The translations under genes were made by a program, and so were the position numbers. 64,000 nt of DNA from Myxococcota bacterium. Lineage in GTDB: Bacteria; Myxococcota_A; UBA796; CAJQPC01. Below, in pieces: positions 56,526-64,000 of the stretch (positions within the stretch are counted from its first letter, which is position 1; every line of letters begins with the position of its first letter). The notes under the pieces are model-generated. The model searched no databases. It was not told where the DNA came from and worked only from the letters and a program-made list of their open reading frames with translations. Where the stretch lies: assembly GCA_036012755.1 (NCBI GenBank), contig DASCPX010000070.1:64001-128000 (forward strand), given 5' to 3'.

Positions 56526-57797
56526 ATGAGGATCGGACTCGTGGTCTCCGGCGCCCAGTGCCGGCGGCGCCAGTGGCTGGAGGTCAACAGTCCCGTCGAG
56601 GGTCGGAACCTGCGCGCCTCTACGACGAACAGCCGGCGCCTGCGCGAGGCCATCCGGGGCAGCGTGTCCGGGCGCTTCGACGAGGTCTTCGAGGCGGAGG
56701 GCATCCGTGTCCGCGCCGACTTGCTGGAGGAGCTCGATGGAGGGCTCGGGCTGCGCAGGTTCCGGGCGGCGACGCGGCGGCGGCCCTGGCATGTCGATGA
56801 GCTCGCGCTGCAGGTCCACGTCCTGCGTGCCTGCGGCCTCCGGGTGGTCAGCGCCCAGCTCTGGCGCCTGAACCGGCGGTATCGGCGAGGGTCGGAGCTG
56901 GACGTCATGGCCGCGCTGAAGCGCCTCGAGGTGATCGACCAGGTCGACGCCCGGCTCGAGGCGTGGATCGAGCGCCTGCCCGAGCTGGCCGTGCTGCCTG
57001 CAGAGGAGCCGGAGATCGAGGCGGGTCCGCACTGTACGCGGCCCCGACAGTGTCCCTTCCGGGAGCGCTGCGGGTGGGTCCCGCGTGCCCTCGAGCCGAG
57101 CCCCTTGACCGAACGCATCGATCGAGCGCGGGTGACCGGGGCTCCGGTGGTGGACGCCTCGTTGGCAGAGGACCTCCGAGCCGAGGGGACCGTGCACGCG
57201 CTGGACTTCGAGGCCTGGGCGCCGGCCCTGCCGGCCTTTCCAGGGACCGCACCCTTCGAGTCCGTGGTGGTCCAGTGGTCGCTCCACACGAGGAACGCCT
57301 CGGGGCTGGTACACCGGGAGGGGTTCATGGAGCCGCACTCGGACGGGCGCCGGGCGCTGGTGGAGGCGCTGTTCGACGCCCTCGAAGAGCCAGGTCCGAT
57401 CTATGTCTTCTCCGAGTTCGAGGGGCGAGCCCTGGGTCGGATGCGGGAGATGATGTCGGCGCACGCCGAGCGGCTGGAGGCGATCCGTGCCCGCCTCGTG
57501 GACCTGCTGCCGCTGCTACGCGAGAAGTACGTGCACCCCGACTTCGACGGAGCCTTCGGGCTCAAGCGTGTCCTCCCGGTGCTCGTTCCGGGTGAGGGCT
57601 ACGAAGACCTCGACCTCGATGACGGCGGCGAGGCGGCGTTGGCCTACGGGGAGCTGGCGGACCCGTCGACGACGGGGCCGAGGCGCCAGCAGATCAGGGA
57701 GATGCTGTCGGCCTATTGCGCGCGGGACTCGTGGGCGCTGTTGCGCATCAGGGAGGCGCTGCTGGCGAAGCTGGGAGTAGGATTCGAGCCATGTTGA
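56526..57797 (+). CDS. DUF2779-domain protein (nuclease-like N-terminus, RNase H-like C-terminus)
   Basis: GPHC..P..CPF...C, LDFE, PF..V..QWSLH, SEFE, R.VDLL, LK.VLP, YC.RD. Confidence 0.8.
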   Translation: MRIGLVVSGAQCRRRQWLEVNSPVEGRNLRASTTNSRRLREAIRGSVSGRFDEVFEAEGIRVRADLLEELDGGLGLRRFRAATRRRPWHVDELALQVHVLRACGLRVVSAQLWRLNRRYRRGSELDVMAALKRLEVIDQVDARLEAWIERLPELAVLPAEEPEIEAGPHCTRPRQCPFRERCGWVPRALEPSPLTERIDRARVTGAPVVDASLAEDLRAEGTVHALDFEAWAPALPAFPGTAPFESVVVQWSLHTRNASGLVHREGFMEPHSDGRRALVEALFDALEEPGPIYVFSEFEGRALGRMREMMSAHAERLEAIRARLVDLLPLLREKYVHPDFDGAFGLKRVLPVLVPGEGYEDLDLDDGGEAALAYGELADPSTTGPRRQQIREMLSAYCARDSWALLRIREALLAKLGVGFEPC

Positions 57798-58783
57798 CCC
57801 GAAGATGCCTGCTCGGTGGGGCCGCGGCGCTTGTCCTCGCGTGCAACCGAGACCCTGGTAACAACAACGATATCGACGAGTTGGCCAGCGAGCCGCTGGA
57901 CGTTGACGCCTACGCCAGTGCCTTGGAGGAGGCGCTGGCTGGCACGGGACACGAGGACGCCGTGGCCCCGGGCTGCGCTGCCTTCGAGGACATCCGGGTC
58001 CTGTTGGCCGAGCACGCGCCCATCAGCGCCGCTGTCTTGTCCCGGACCTTCAACGAGCTGGCCGTTCCGATGGCCCAGGGGCTTGCCGCCTGCCGGGACC
58101 AGACGGATCCGACCACCATCCGAGAGGCCCTGGCCGCCGGCATGGACGCAGCGGCCTTCGCCGAGATCGCCGGGCTCTGGGGGCGCATGAACGAAGAGCT
58201 GGAGGGGCTCGGCGTGCAAGGCGCCGCGGACGAGGATCGCCTGGACGAGGTCCGCTCCTACTTCACCGACATGCCCCGGGCCCTGGCCCAGGCGAGCATC
58301 GATCTCGAGGACATGCAGCCGGGGCTGGAAGACAGCCCGGTGACCCTCGGGACCCTCTCCCAGCTGCACGACTTCATCGCCCACATCGGTCGGGACGACC
58401 TCGACGAGGCCCTCGACGACGGCGCGGTGCTGGCGAACCTCTCGACGCTCTACTTCGGAATCGCGGAGGGCAAGGCTGTCGCGCTGCCGCCTCCGTTGGA
58501 CTGCGAGTCCGAGTGGGAGGAGATCAAGTACTGGCTCACGGTCATCGCGTTCATCATCGCGGTGTTGGCCATCGCTGCAGCTGTCGCGGCCCTGTTGGGC
58601 GGGCCCGCGGGGCTGTTCGTCGTCGCCTTGCTCGGCGCGGTCTTCTCAGAGGGCTCGGCGATGATGATCGCCACCCTGTTGGCCTTCATCTTCGTCGGGC
58701 TCACCATCGCGAAGTCCAGCGGTGAGACGGTCGTCACCAAGCCGGTCGACTGTGTCTGCCAGGCCATGACGGGGGCGGAGTGA
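57791..58783 (+). CDS. putative Tat-exported lipoprotein with C-terminal hydrophobic hairpin
   Basis: MLTRRCLLGGAAALVLAC; about 60-aa hydrophobic stretch near C-terminus flanked by Cys. Confidence 0.7.
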   Translation: MLTRRCLLGGAAALVLACNRDPGNNNDIDELASEPLDVDAYASALEEALAGTGHEDAVAPGCAAFEDIRVLLAEHAPISAAVLSRTFNELAVPMAQGLAACRDQTDPTTIREALAAGMDAAAFAEIAGLWGRMNEELEGLGVQGAADEDRLDEVRSYFTDMPRALAQASIDLEDMQPGLEDSPVTLGTLSQLHDFIAHIGRDDLDEALDDGAVLANLSTLYFGIAEGKAVALPPPLDCESEWEEIKYWLTVIAFIIAVLAIAAAVAALLGGPAGLFVVALLGAVFSEGSAMMIATLLAFIFVGLTIAKSSGETVVTKPVDCVCQAMTGAE

Positions 58784-60243
58784 TGCTGGTTCTGACCCTG
58801 ATCGGCTGCATGTTCGAGGTCGTCGACTGGCTGGGAAACGCGGCCAGTCGCGGCTACGAGAGCCTGGAGTTCGTAGCGCTCGACATGGACTGTGCTGCCG
58901 ACGTCTACACGCTCGATGCCTACCTCCAAGGCGAGACCCCCTCGACCGTGACGGCGGAGATCTACACGGACGAGACCGGCTCCACCGTAGACCGGAAGGT
59001 GGCGCTCTCGGCGGACTACGAAAACGGCGGCGCTGGCATCCACCGCTTCTACGCGGAGGACATCGAGCTCCCCTGCACCTCCTCCCGCCTGGTGGTGATC
59101 TCGGCGACCAACATGTGCGAGGAGCTCTCGGAGCAGGTCACCTGGGAAGCAGCGGAAATAGGCGACATCGTTCCGGATGTAGGTCCGTCAGACGGTGGAC
59201 AACAGGTGCTGGTCGGGCTTCGAGAGGGGAGCTACGACTGGTCGTCTGTGGAGCTCTACTTCGGACAGGGCTCCTCGACGTGGGCGGCCGCATCCGACGT
59301 CCAGATAGGGACCGACTGCTCGGATCTCGAGACCGACGCCTGCATCACGGCGACCTCCCCCGACTACGGCTCGGCGGAGACCGTCTCGCTGCGCCTCGTT
59401 GACGCCAACGGCAACGAGACCCTGTCGCAGGACGCCTACACCTTCCACAGTCCCAACCGCGACATGCCCACCGGACTGGGCCGAGCGATGATGATCGCCT
59501 TCGACCCGACCTGGTTCTACCTGGGCAGCCCCTACGGCAGCATCGGCGAGTCCTACGAGTACCTGCAGGTCGATCTGCTGATGCACGAACCCATCGACGG
59601 GCCCTACCACATGTGGGACGCGGCGCCCGCCGTCGGCGAGTGCTCCTGGGGCGAGTCCATGTGGACCACCTTGGATGTCGGCACCTATGTCGAGCTCCAC
59701 GGGGACGTCGCCGACGCGACGCTTCCCAACGTCGGAGGTGGGGTCTACTACTACCTGGACTCCAACAGCGGACACGAACTGTACGCCGGCGAGGCGGTCG
59801 ACCTGGAGATCCCCGATGGTGTGGAGAGCTATCCAGCACAGACCATACCCGACGCTTTCGTCTTCCCGGAGCTGCTGAGATCCACCTCCTTTGGGGATCC
59901 CTCAGAGGACGAGTTCGGCGTCCAGATCGTTCCGCGCGGGGACGACATCGTGCTGAGTTGGACCCCGGGCGAGGACATGGACGGTCTCACCTACACCCTG
60001 TCCGCGGTCCAAGACTACACGACGCTCTCGACGACGACCTGCACGGTCGACCCTGACGCGGGTGTCCTCGTCGTTCCGTGGACGGACCTCGTCGAGAGCG
60101 GCGACACCGGCTCGGTCGATGGCATCCTCGTGGACATGGAGTTCTGGAAGGACAACCTCGCGGTGGTGCCGCATGACGGCTCGACCTTCTGGGCTCGCTC
60201 CACCATCTGGCTCGAGAGCTACGTCGCGGTGGTGGAGCCGTGA
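58780..60243 (+). CDS. putative lipoprotein with IPT/TIG-like domain
   Basis: Leader MMLVLTLIGC; PD.GP..GG..V, ITATSP, AYTF. Confidence 0.7.
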   Translation: MMLVLTLIGCMFEVVDWLGNAASRGYESLEFVALDMDCAADVYTLDAYLQGETPSTVTAEIYTDETGSTVDRKVALSADYENGGAGIHRFYAEDIELPCTSSRLVVISATNMCEELSEQVTWEAAEIGDIVPDVGPSDGGQQVLVGLREGSYDWSSVELYFGQGSSTWAAASDVQIGTDCSDLETDACITATSPDYGSAETVSLRLVDANGNETLSQDAYTFHSPNRDMPTGLGRAMMIAFDPTWFYLGSPYGSIGESYEYLQVDLLMHEPIDGPYHMWDAAPAVGECSWGESMWTTLDVGTYVELHGDVADATLPNVGGGVYYYLDSNSGHELYAGEAVDLEIPDGVESYPAQTIPDAFVFPELLRSTSFGDPSEDEFGVQIVPRGDDIVLSWTPGEDMDGLTYTLSAVQDYTTLSTTTCTVDPDAGVLVVPWTDLVESGDTGSVDGILVDMEFWKDNLAVVPHDGSTFWARSTIWLESYVAVVEP

Positions 60244-60638
60244 TCGTGCTGCTGGCCTGCGTGGGCACACCGGACTCGGGGGGGAGCGCCGCCCCGGACG
60301 ACAGCACCGCAGAGGGGCTCGATGTCGCAGGTGACTGGCTCGACGTCGACTCGGGCCTGTACGTGATCAAGAACGAGACCTGGCGCTACCAGGCCTTCGA
60401 AGACACCTGGAGCGACGACGAAATCATGAGCTATGACAACGCGTTGGGGTACGTCATCGCCCAGAATGATCCCGACCACGAGCCGAACGCCGCGCTCTTC
60501 AGTCGCTACGACTTCAAGGCCGTCGATGGCTTCTGGAACTACTGCCACTCGACCGACGAGGCCCAGAGCGCAGAGGTCGCGGAGGCGGCCTCGGCTCCCG
60601 CGGACTGTGCCTGGATCGAGCTGATCCCCTCGATCTGA
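60240..60638 (+). CDS. small putative lipoprotein
   Basis: GTGA-coupled; leader MIVLLAC. Confidence 0.7.
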   Translation: MIVLLACVGTPDSGGSAAPDDSTAEGLDVAGDWLDVDSGLYVIKNETWRYQAFEDTWSDDEIMSYDNALGYVIAQNDPDHEPNAALFSRYDFKAVDGFWNYCHSTDEAQSAEVAEAASAPADCAWIELIPSI

Positions 60639-60639
60639 T

Positions 60640-61194
60640 CTAGAGGAAGGCCACGAACAGCGCCGTGAGCGCCGCCTGGAAGGCCGCTGCGAGGAGGAAG
60701 GCCTTCGTACGCGAGCGCACGAATGACCCCAGCATCAGGCCGATCATCGTGCTCTCGACGATGTTGATGAAGGTGAGGGTCACCAGCCCCGCGAGGCCCA
60801 TGTCCGCAAACGGCATCAGGGCGGGGATGAGGTTGTGGAGGATGGCCCAGGTCCCGAGGCTTCCGATGGTGGCGGCGATGAAGGGGTCCGCTGGGATGTT
60901 GCCCTCGCCGCGGGGGATGAGGACCTTCGGCTTCAGCCGCCCGATGGTGACCACGCAGGCACCGGCGAGGACGCCGTAGGCTATGCCCCCGGCCCAGAAG
61001 CCGTCGAGCAGGCCAGGGAAGAGGCCGAGGAGCTCCGCCCCGAAGGGCAGCACGGCGTAGGCGGTGAGGAAGGAGAGCCCCAGCCAGGCGGCGGTCGCCT
61101 TCTGGAGCTGCCGCGGCTTGGGCACCAGGTAGTGGCGCTCGATGATGGCAGCGTCGGGGATCCCTCGCTGGAAGACGACTGGGGTGTTGGCCAT
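60640..61194 (-). CDS. hypothetical membrane protein (about 5 TM)
   Basis: Hydrophobic segments; ATG start. Confidence 0.7.
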   Translation of the reverse strand: MANTPVVFQRGIPDAAIIERHYLVPKPRQLQKATAAWLGLSFLTAYAVLPFGAELLGLFPGLLDGFWAGGIAYGVLAGACVVTIGRLKPKVLIPRGEGNIPADPFIAATIGSLGTWAILHNLIPALMPFADMGLAGLVTLTFINIVESTMIGLMLGSFVRSRTKAFLLAAAFQAALTALFVAFL

Positions 61195-61260
61195 GGCAGT
61201 TCCGACAGCTGTCGCGCGTGCGCGTTCCGAGCACGGTACGCGCGGCGCCTGCCGGATCTT

Positions 61261-61809
61261 TCACTCTCGGCTGCGCTGCTTCCTCTTTCGCTTCTTCTTG
61301 AAGCTCCAGGTGAAGGTGAAGCGGGCGACCTCGACGCCGTCGGGGTTCGTCCCGATGGTCTCGGCGGTGCACTCGACGGACTCCCCGGTAGCCAACGCAG
61401 TTGCCACGGCCTGGGCCATCTCTGCGCCGGCCCTGCACGTGAAGGTCGTGAGATCGGTAGCCTTCTTCACGAACTGGCCCTCCATGCGGACGATCAGGAT
61501 GGAGATCGGCTCGGGGGCTGCCTCGACCACGCTCAGGCCGAGGGCGCCGGTGGACATCTCGGCGGCCATCGACAGGGCGGCGAAGTAGGTCGAGCGAAAG
61601 GGGTTCGTTGTCAGCCAGCGGTAGGGCACGCTGACGGCGCAGTGGTCCGCGTCGAAGCTGCGGATCCGCAGCCCCGCGATGAGCGCCAGGGGCAGCTTGG
61701 CCAGCATGTACGCGGACAGCAGGGCCGGGCTGAGCATCTTGTCGCGGAGCGCCTGGACCTCTGCGCTGTCGGTGTCGAAGCGCGGTTCGTCTCGCTCGGG
61801 GTTGGTCAC
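61261..61809 (-). CDS. hotdog-fold thioesterase-like protein (DUF4442)
   Basis: NPFRSTYFAA..MAAEMSTG, F.KKA, F.WSFK. Confidence 0.85.
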   Translation of the reverse strand: MTNPERDEPRFDTDSAEVQALRDKMLSPALLSAYMLAKLPLALIAGLRIRSFDADHCAVSVPYRWLTTNPFRSTYFAALSMAAEMSTGALGLSVVEAAPEPISILIVRMEGQFVKKATDLTTFTCRAGAEMAQAVATALATGESVECTAETIGTNPDGVEVARFTFTWSFKKKRKRKQRSRE

Positions 61810-62630
61810 CAAGGGGCCTCCGGGAGGACGAGCTCGCGCTCGCAACGCCTGGTGGCGTTTGCCCAGGCGATCTCGTCGTCGGTGTAGGGCGTCGGAGAGG
61901 TCTGTATCTCGAAGAGGATGTACTGCTCGACGGCGACGCGGACGGCGTCCCCGTAGGGGTTGTCCGTGCGGCTGATCCAGTAGTCGAGGATCGCGCGGCG
62001 GCGCTCTTCGGGGGTCTCGTAGGGAGGCACGTCGTGCCAGGCGTCGGTGCCCTCGTACCAGATGCCGTCGAGCCAGTCTGGCAGGTCCTCGTAGACCTTC
62101 TTTGCGAGCTCGCGTCCGGCGACCGCGTCCCCGTAGTCGGCGACGAGCCCCCCGGCTGCGCCGGCGACTCGCTCCTTGTCCTGCTCGATGAGCTGGGGAC
62201 GCACGGTCCACGAGCCGAGGCTGACGCAGGCGAGGGGGTTCACGAGGCAGGGGGTCCACTCGACGACCGGGACCCCTTCCCACCACGCGCCTCGGATGGT
62301 CCTCGGCTTCTGGATGTGGGGGTTGCGCTTCCGGATGTACATCCAGCCGTCATCGTGGATGACCACCGTGTTTCGCCAGCCCGTGTCGTGGTGGTAGAAG
62401 ACGCGGTCGCCCTTTCGCCTGGCCGAGTAGCCCATCGCGATGAGCTCTTTGGCGATGGCGTTCCGGGCCTCCGCCACCGCGGCGTCGTCGCTGACCAGGA
62501 TCTGGAGTTCGGGCACGTTGAAGGCGAGGCCGTCGTAGACGACCTCGTCGCCCATCCGTGTCTCTTCGGCGTCGAGGTCGGCGGCCTCCGGGAGCTCCCC
62601 TGCGAGCGCGATGGTCAGACAGAGCCACAC
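61806..62630 (-). CDS. exported hypothetical protein
   Basis: Leader MWLCLTIALA; coupled to downstream gene. Confidence 0.7.
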   Translation of the reverse strand: MWLCLTIALAGELPEAADLDAEETRMGDEVVYDGLAFNVPELQILVSDDAAVAEARNAIAKELIAMGYSARRKGDRVFYHHDTGWRNTVVIHDDGWMYIRKRNPHIQKPRTIRGAWWEGVPVVEWTPCLVNPLACVSLGSWTVRPQLIEQDKERVAGAAGGLVADYGDAVAGRELAKKVYEDLPDWLDGIWYEGTDAWHDVPPYETPEERRRAILDYWISRTDNPYGDAVRVAVEQYILFEIQTSPTPYTDDEIAWANATRRCERELVLPEAPW

Positions 62631-62731
62631 GCCATCAAGCTAACGCGAGCGATTCCGAAGGACTGTGAAGACCTCGAAGGACCAGGCGGCGCCTGCGTCA
62701 GCTCCCGTGAACCCCAGGCACTGGAGCCACC

Positions 62732-62986
62732 ATGTTCAGCACCCTCGTTGTCCTCTCCGCTCTCTCCATGACCGCCGACGCCCACAACCCGCCGCAGCTC
62801 TCGAGGGACTGCTTGGAGGACGTTCGCGACCGTCGCGAGGACCGCCTCGACCGGGCAGAGGACATCCGCGACGCCCGGACCTTCACCGGCCCCGCGGACC
62901 TGCGCGAAGACCGCCTCGATCGGCTGGAGGACATCCGCGACCTGAAGGAGGACCGCCGCGACCGGTTGACCGGCCGCTGCAGCTAG
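62732..62986 (+). CDS. small exported protein with REDRLDRxEDIRD repeats
   Basis: GGAG RBS; signal peptide ending ADA; internal 13-aa repeat; two Cys. Confidence 0.7.
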   Translation: MFSTLVVLSALSMTADAHNPPQLSRDCLEDVRDRREDRLDRAEDIRDARTFTGPADLREDRLDRLEDIRDLKEDRRDRLTGRCS

Positions 62987-63018
62987 AGTCGTGGTGGGTC
63001 GGCAGGCCGACCTCGTGG

Positions 63019-64000
63019 TCACGGGCCCACGACCACCACCCTGTCCGGCCAGGACCACACCATCGCGTCCCCGATCTGCTTCACCGTCACCGGGGCGCCC
63101 GAGGCGTGGATCAACCGCAGGTGGCAGCACCGACACAGGGTGATCTGCCGCTCCGGGTCGTCATCGCTCCCCTTGGAGCGCCACCAGACGTGGTGCGCCT
63201 CCACCGTCGAGGACCGGCGTCCGCACTCGGGGTTCTGGCAGGTGTAGCGGTCGCGCTCCTTGACCTGTCCCGAGACCCCCTTTCCGCGAGGCTCCGGCAC
63301 CGTGTCCAGGAACCACCGAGCCGCCTCCACGAGGTCCGGGTCCACAGGCAGGTAGTGGGGGGTCTTGCGCCCTCGAGCAGCGACGCGGCCCAGATCCCCG
63401 AAGGCGATCCTGGTGACACGACCGCCGGTTTCTGTCGCGCTGGGGGCACCGCCGGTTTCTGTCGCCTCGCCACCGCCGCCGGAGAGGCCGCCGGTTTCTG
63501 TCGCGCTGGTGGCACCGCCGGTTTCTGTCGCCTCGGGGACAGCGCTGCTCGGAGGCCCGCCGTGCTCCGCCGGCTCCGCTGTCTTCGCGAGCGCCGGTGC
63601 CGCACTGAGCCGGCGCCGACACTCCGCCAGCACCCGCCGGCTTCCCCGCTCGATGACGTGGTCGCCCACCTCTGCCAGCATGCGGGCTCCCAGACAGCGG
63701 CAGACCCCGATCCAGTCCCGAGCCTCGCGACCGCTCTGGGCGATGCCACCCACGAAGCAGGCCCGGTCCAGATCCAGGCCCTCGGCGACCGCGGCTCGGA
63801 TCTCGGGGTGCATGTCGAAGGTCTGACCCAGCTTGCGGTAGCGCTCCAGGCTCCGCTGGCTCACCCCGACGACCTGGGTGGCGAAGGCGTCGAGGGTGTC
63901 GAAGCCCATGTCGAAGTGGAGTCCCTGTCGGACCACCGTCTCGGCCAGCTGCCCCAGGGCCGCGACGCGGCCATCCCGAACGGCCACCAGGGCGTCGAGG
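63019..64000 (-). CDS. HNH endonuclease domain protein (5' end beyond window)
   Basis: ERDRYTCQNPEC...EAHHV..RS.G.DD....ITLC..CH...IH. Confidence 0.85.
   Translation of the reverse strand, partial: LDALVAVRDGRVAALGQLAETVVRQGLHFDMGFDTLDAFATQVVGVSQRSLERYRKLGQTFDMHPEIRAAVAEGLDLDRACFVGGIAQSGREARDWIGVCRCLGARMLAEVGDHVIERGSRRVLAECRRRLSAAPALAKTAEPAEHGGPPSSAVPEATETGGATSATETGGLSGGGGEATETGGAPSATETGGRVTRIAFGDLGRVAARGRKTPHYLPVDPDLVEAARWFLDTVPEPRGKGVSGQVKERDRYTCQNPECGRRSSTVEAHHVWWRSKGSDDDPERQITLCRCCHLRLIHASGAPVTVKQIGDAMVWSWPDRVVVVGP
63421..63535. repeat. four 17-18 bp direct repeats (ATETGG), arranged as a duplicated pair with 66-bp period
   Basis: ccgccggtttctgtcgc at about 63422, 63449, 63488, 63515. 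Confidence 0.9.

Noticed and set aside
54651..57464. 937-aa ORF (and similarly extended 815, 808, 912 and 735 aa ORFs) as giant proteins
   Set aside because: Only the 3' portions are credible genes; the 5' extensions run through other genes, and true starts are mostly marked by stop/start overlaps
56526..57797. Cas4-like Cys cluster suggesting a CRISPR/defence locus
   Set aside because: Fits the widespread stand-alone DUF2779 architecture; no cas genes or array nearby
1..64000. Many long antisense or alternate-frame ORFs in the track (e.g. 721-2631 -, 25725-27245 +, 46337-47902 -, 28549-29772 -)
   Set aside because: Shadow ORFs expected at high GC3; they overlap motif-supported genes and have Arg/Pro/Gly-rich or featureless translations
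1..64000. CRISPR array, tRNA, rRNA, transposase/integrase
   Set aside because: No regularly spaced repeat-spacer units or recognisable RNA-gene or transposase motifs seen by eye; all repeats found lie in coding regions

Overview
This is 64 kb of very GC-rich, tightly packed bacterial chromosome, with many ATGA/GTGA start-stop overlaps and several overlapping convergent 3' ends. MYXO-CTERM-type tails, MopE-like Asp/Cys repeats, ExbD/AglS-like proteins, FG-GAP lipoproteins and sigma-54 promoter motifs point to a Myxococcota-type organism (inference). About 57 CDSs are supported. They include housekeeping genes (aconitase, malQ, pgi, type III glutamine synthetase, DAACS symporter, aminotransferase, pal, tatD, S11 and S9 peptidases) interleaved with many exported or lipoprotein hypotheticals. 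I recognised no rRNA, tRNA, CRISPR array or transposase. The four most notable signals follow. (1) A 1408-aa candidate polymorphic toxin (DUF4157/eCIS-core-like N-terminus, about 7 annexin-like repeats, hydrophobic Gly/Ala segment, ADP-ribosyltransferase-like tip) is coupled to two unknown genes, with tandem NrdR-box-like sites upstream. (2) A sigma-54-type operon has four paralogous MYXO-CTERM surface proteins coupled to an apparently exported dikinase-like lipoprotein with permuted domains. (3) Across the window, export leaders are ultra-short (6-12 aa) and lack the basic n-region. (4) There is a GH18 gene with an internal deletion and frameshift, and a tatD lacking a canonical start, in frame behind the pal stop. 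All family calls come from visual motif recognition, not database searches.
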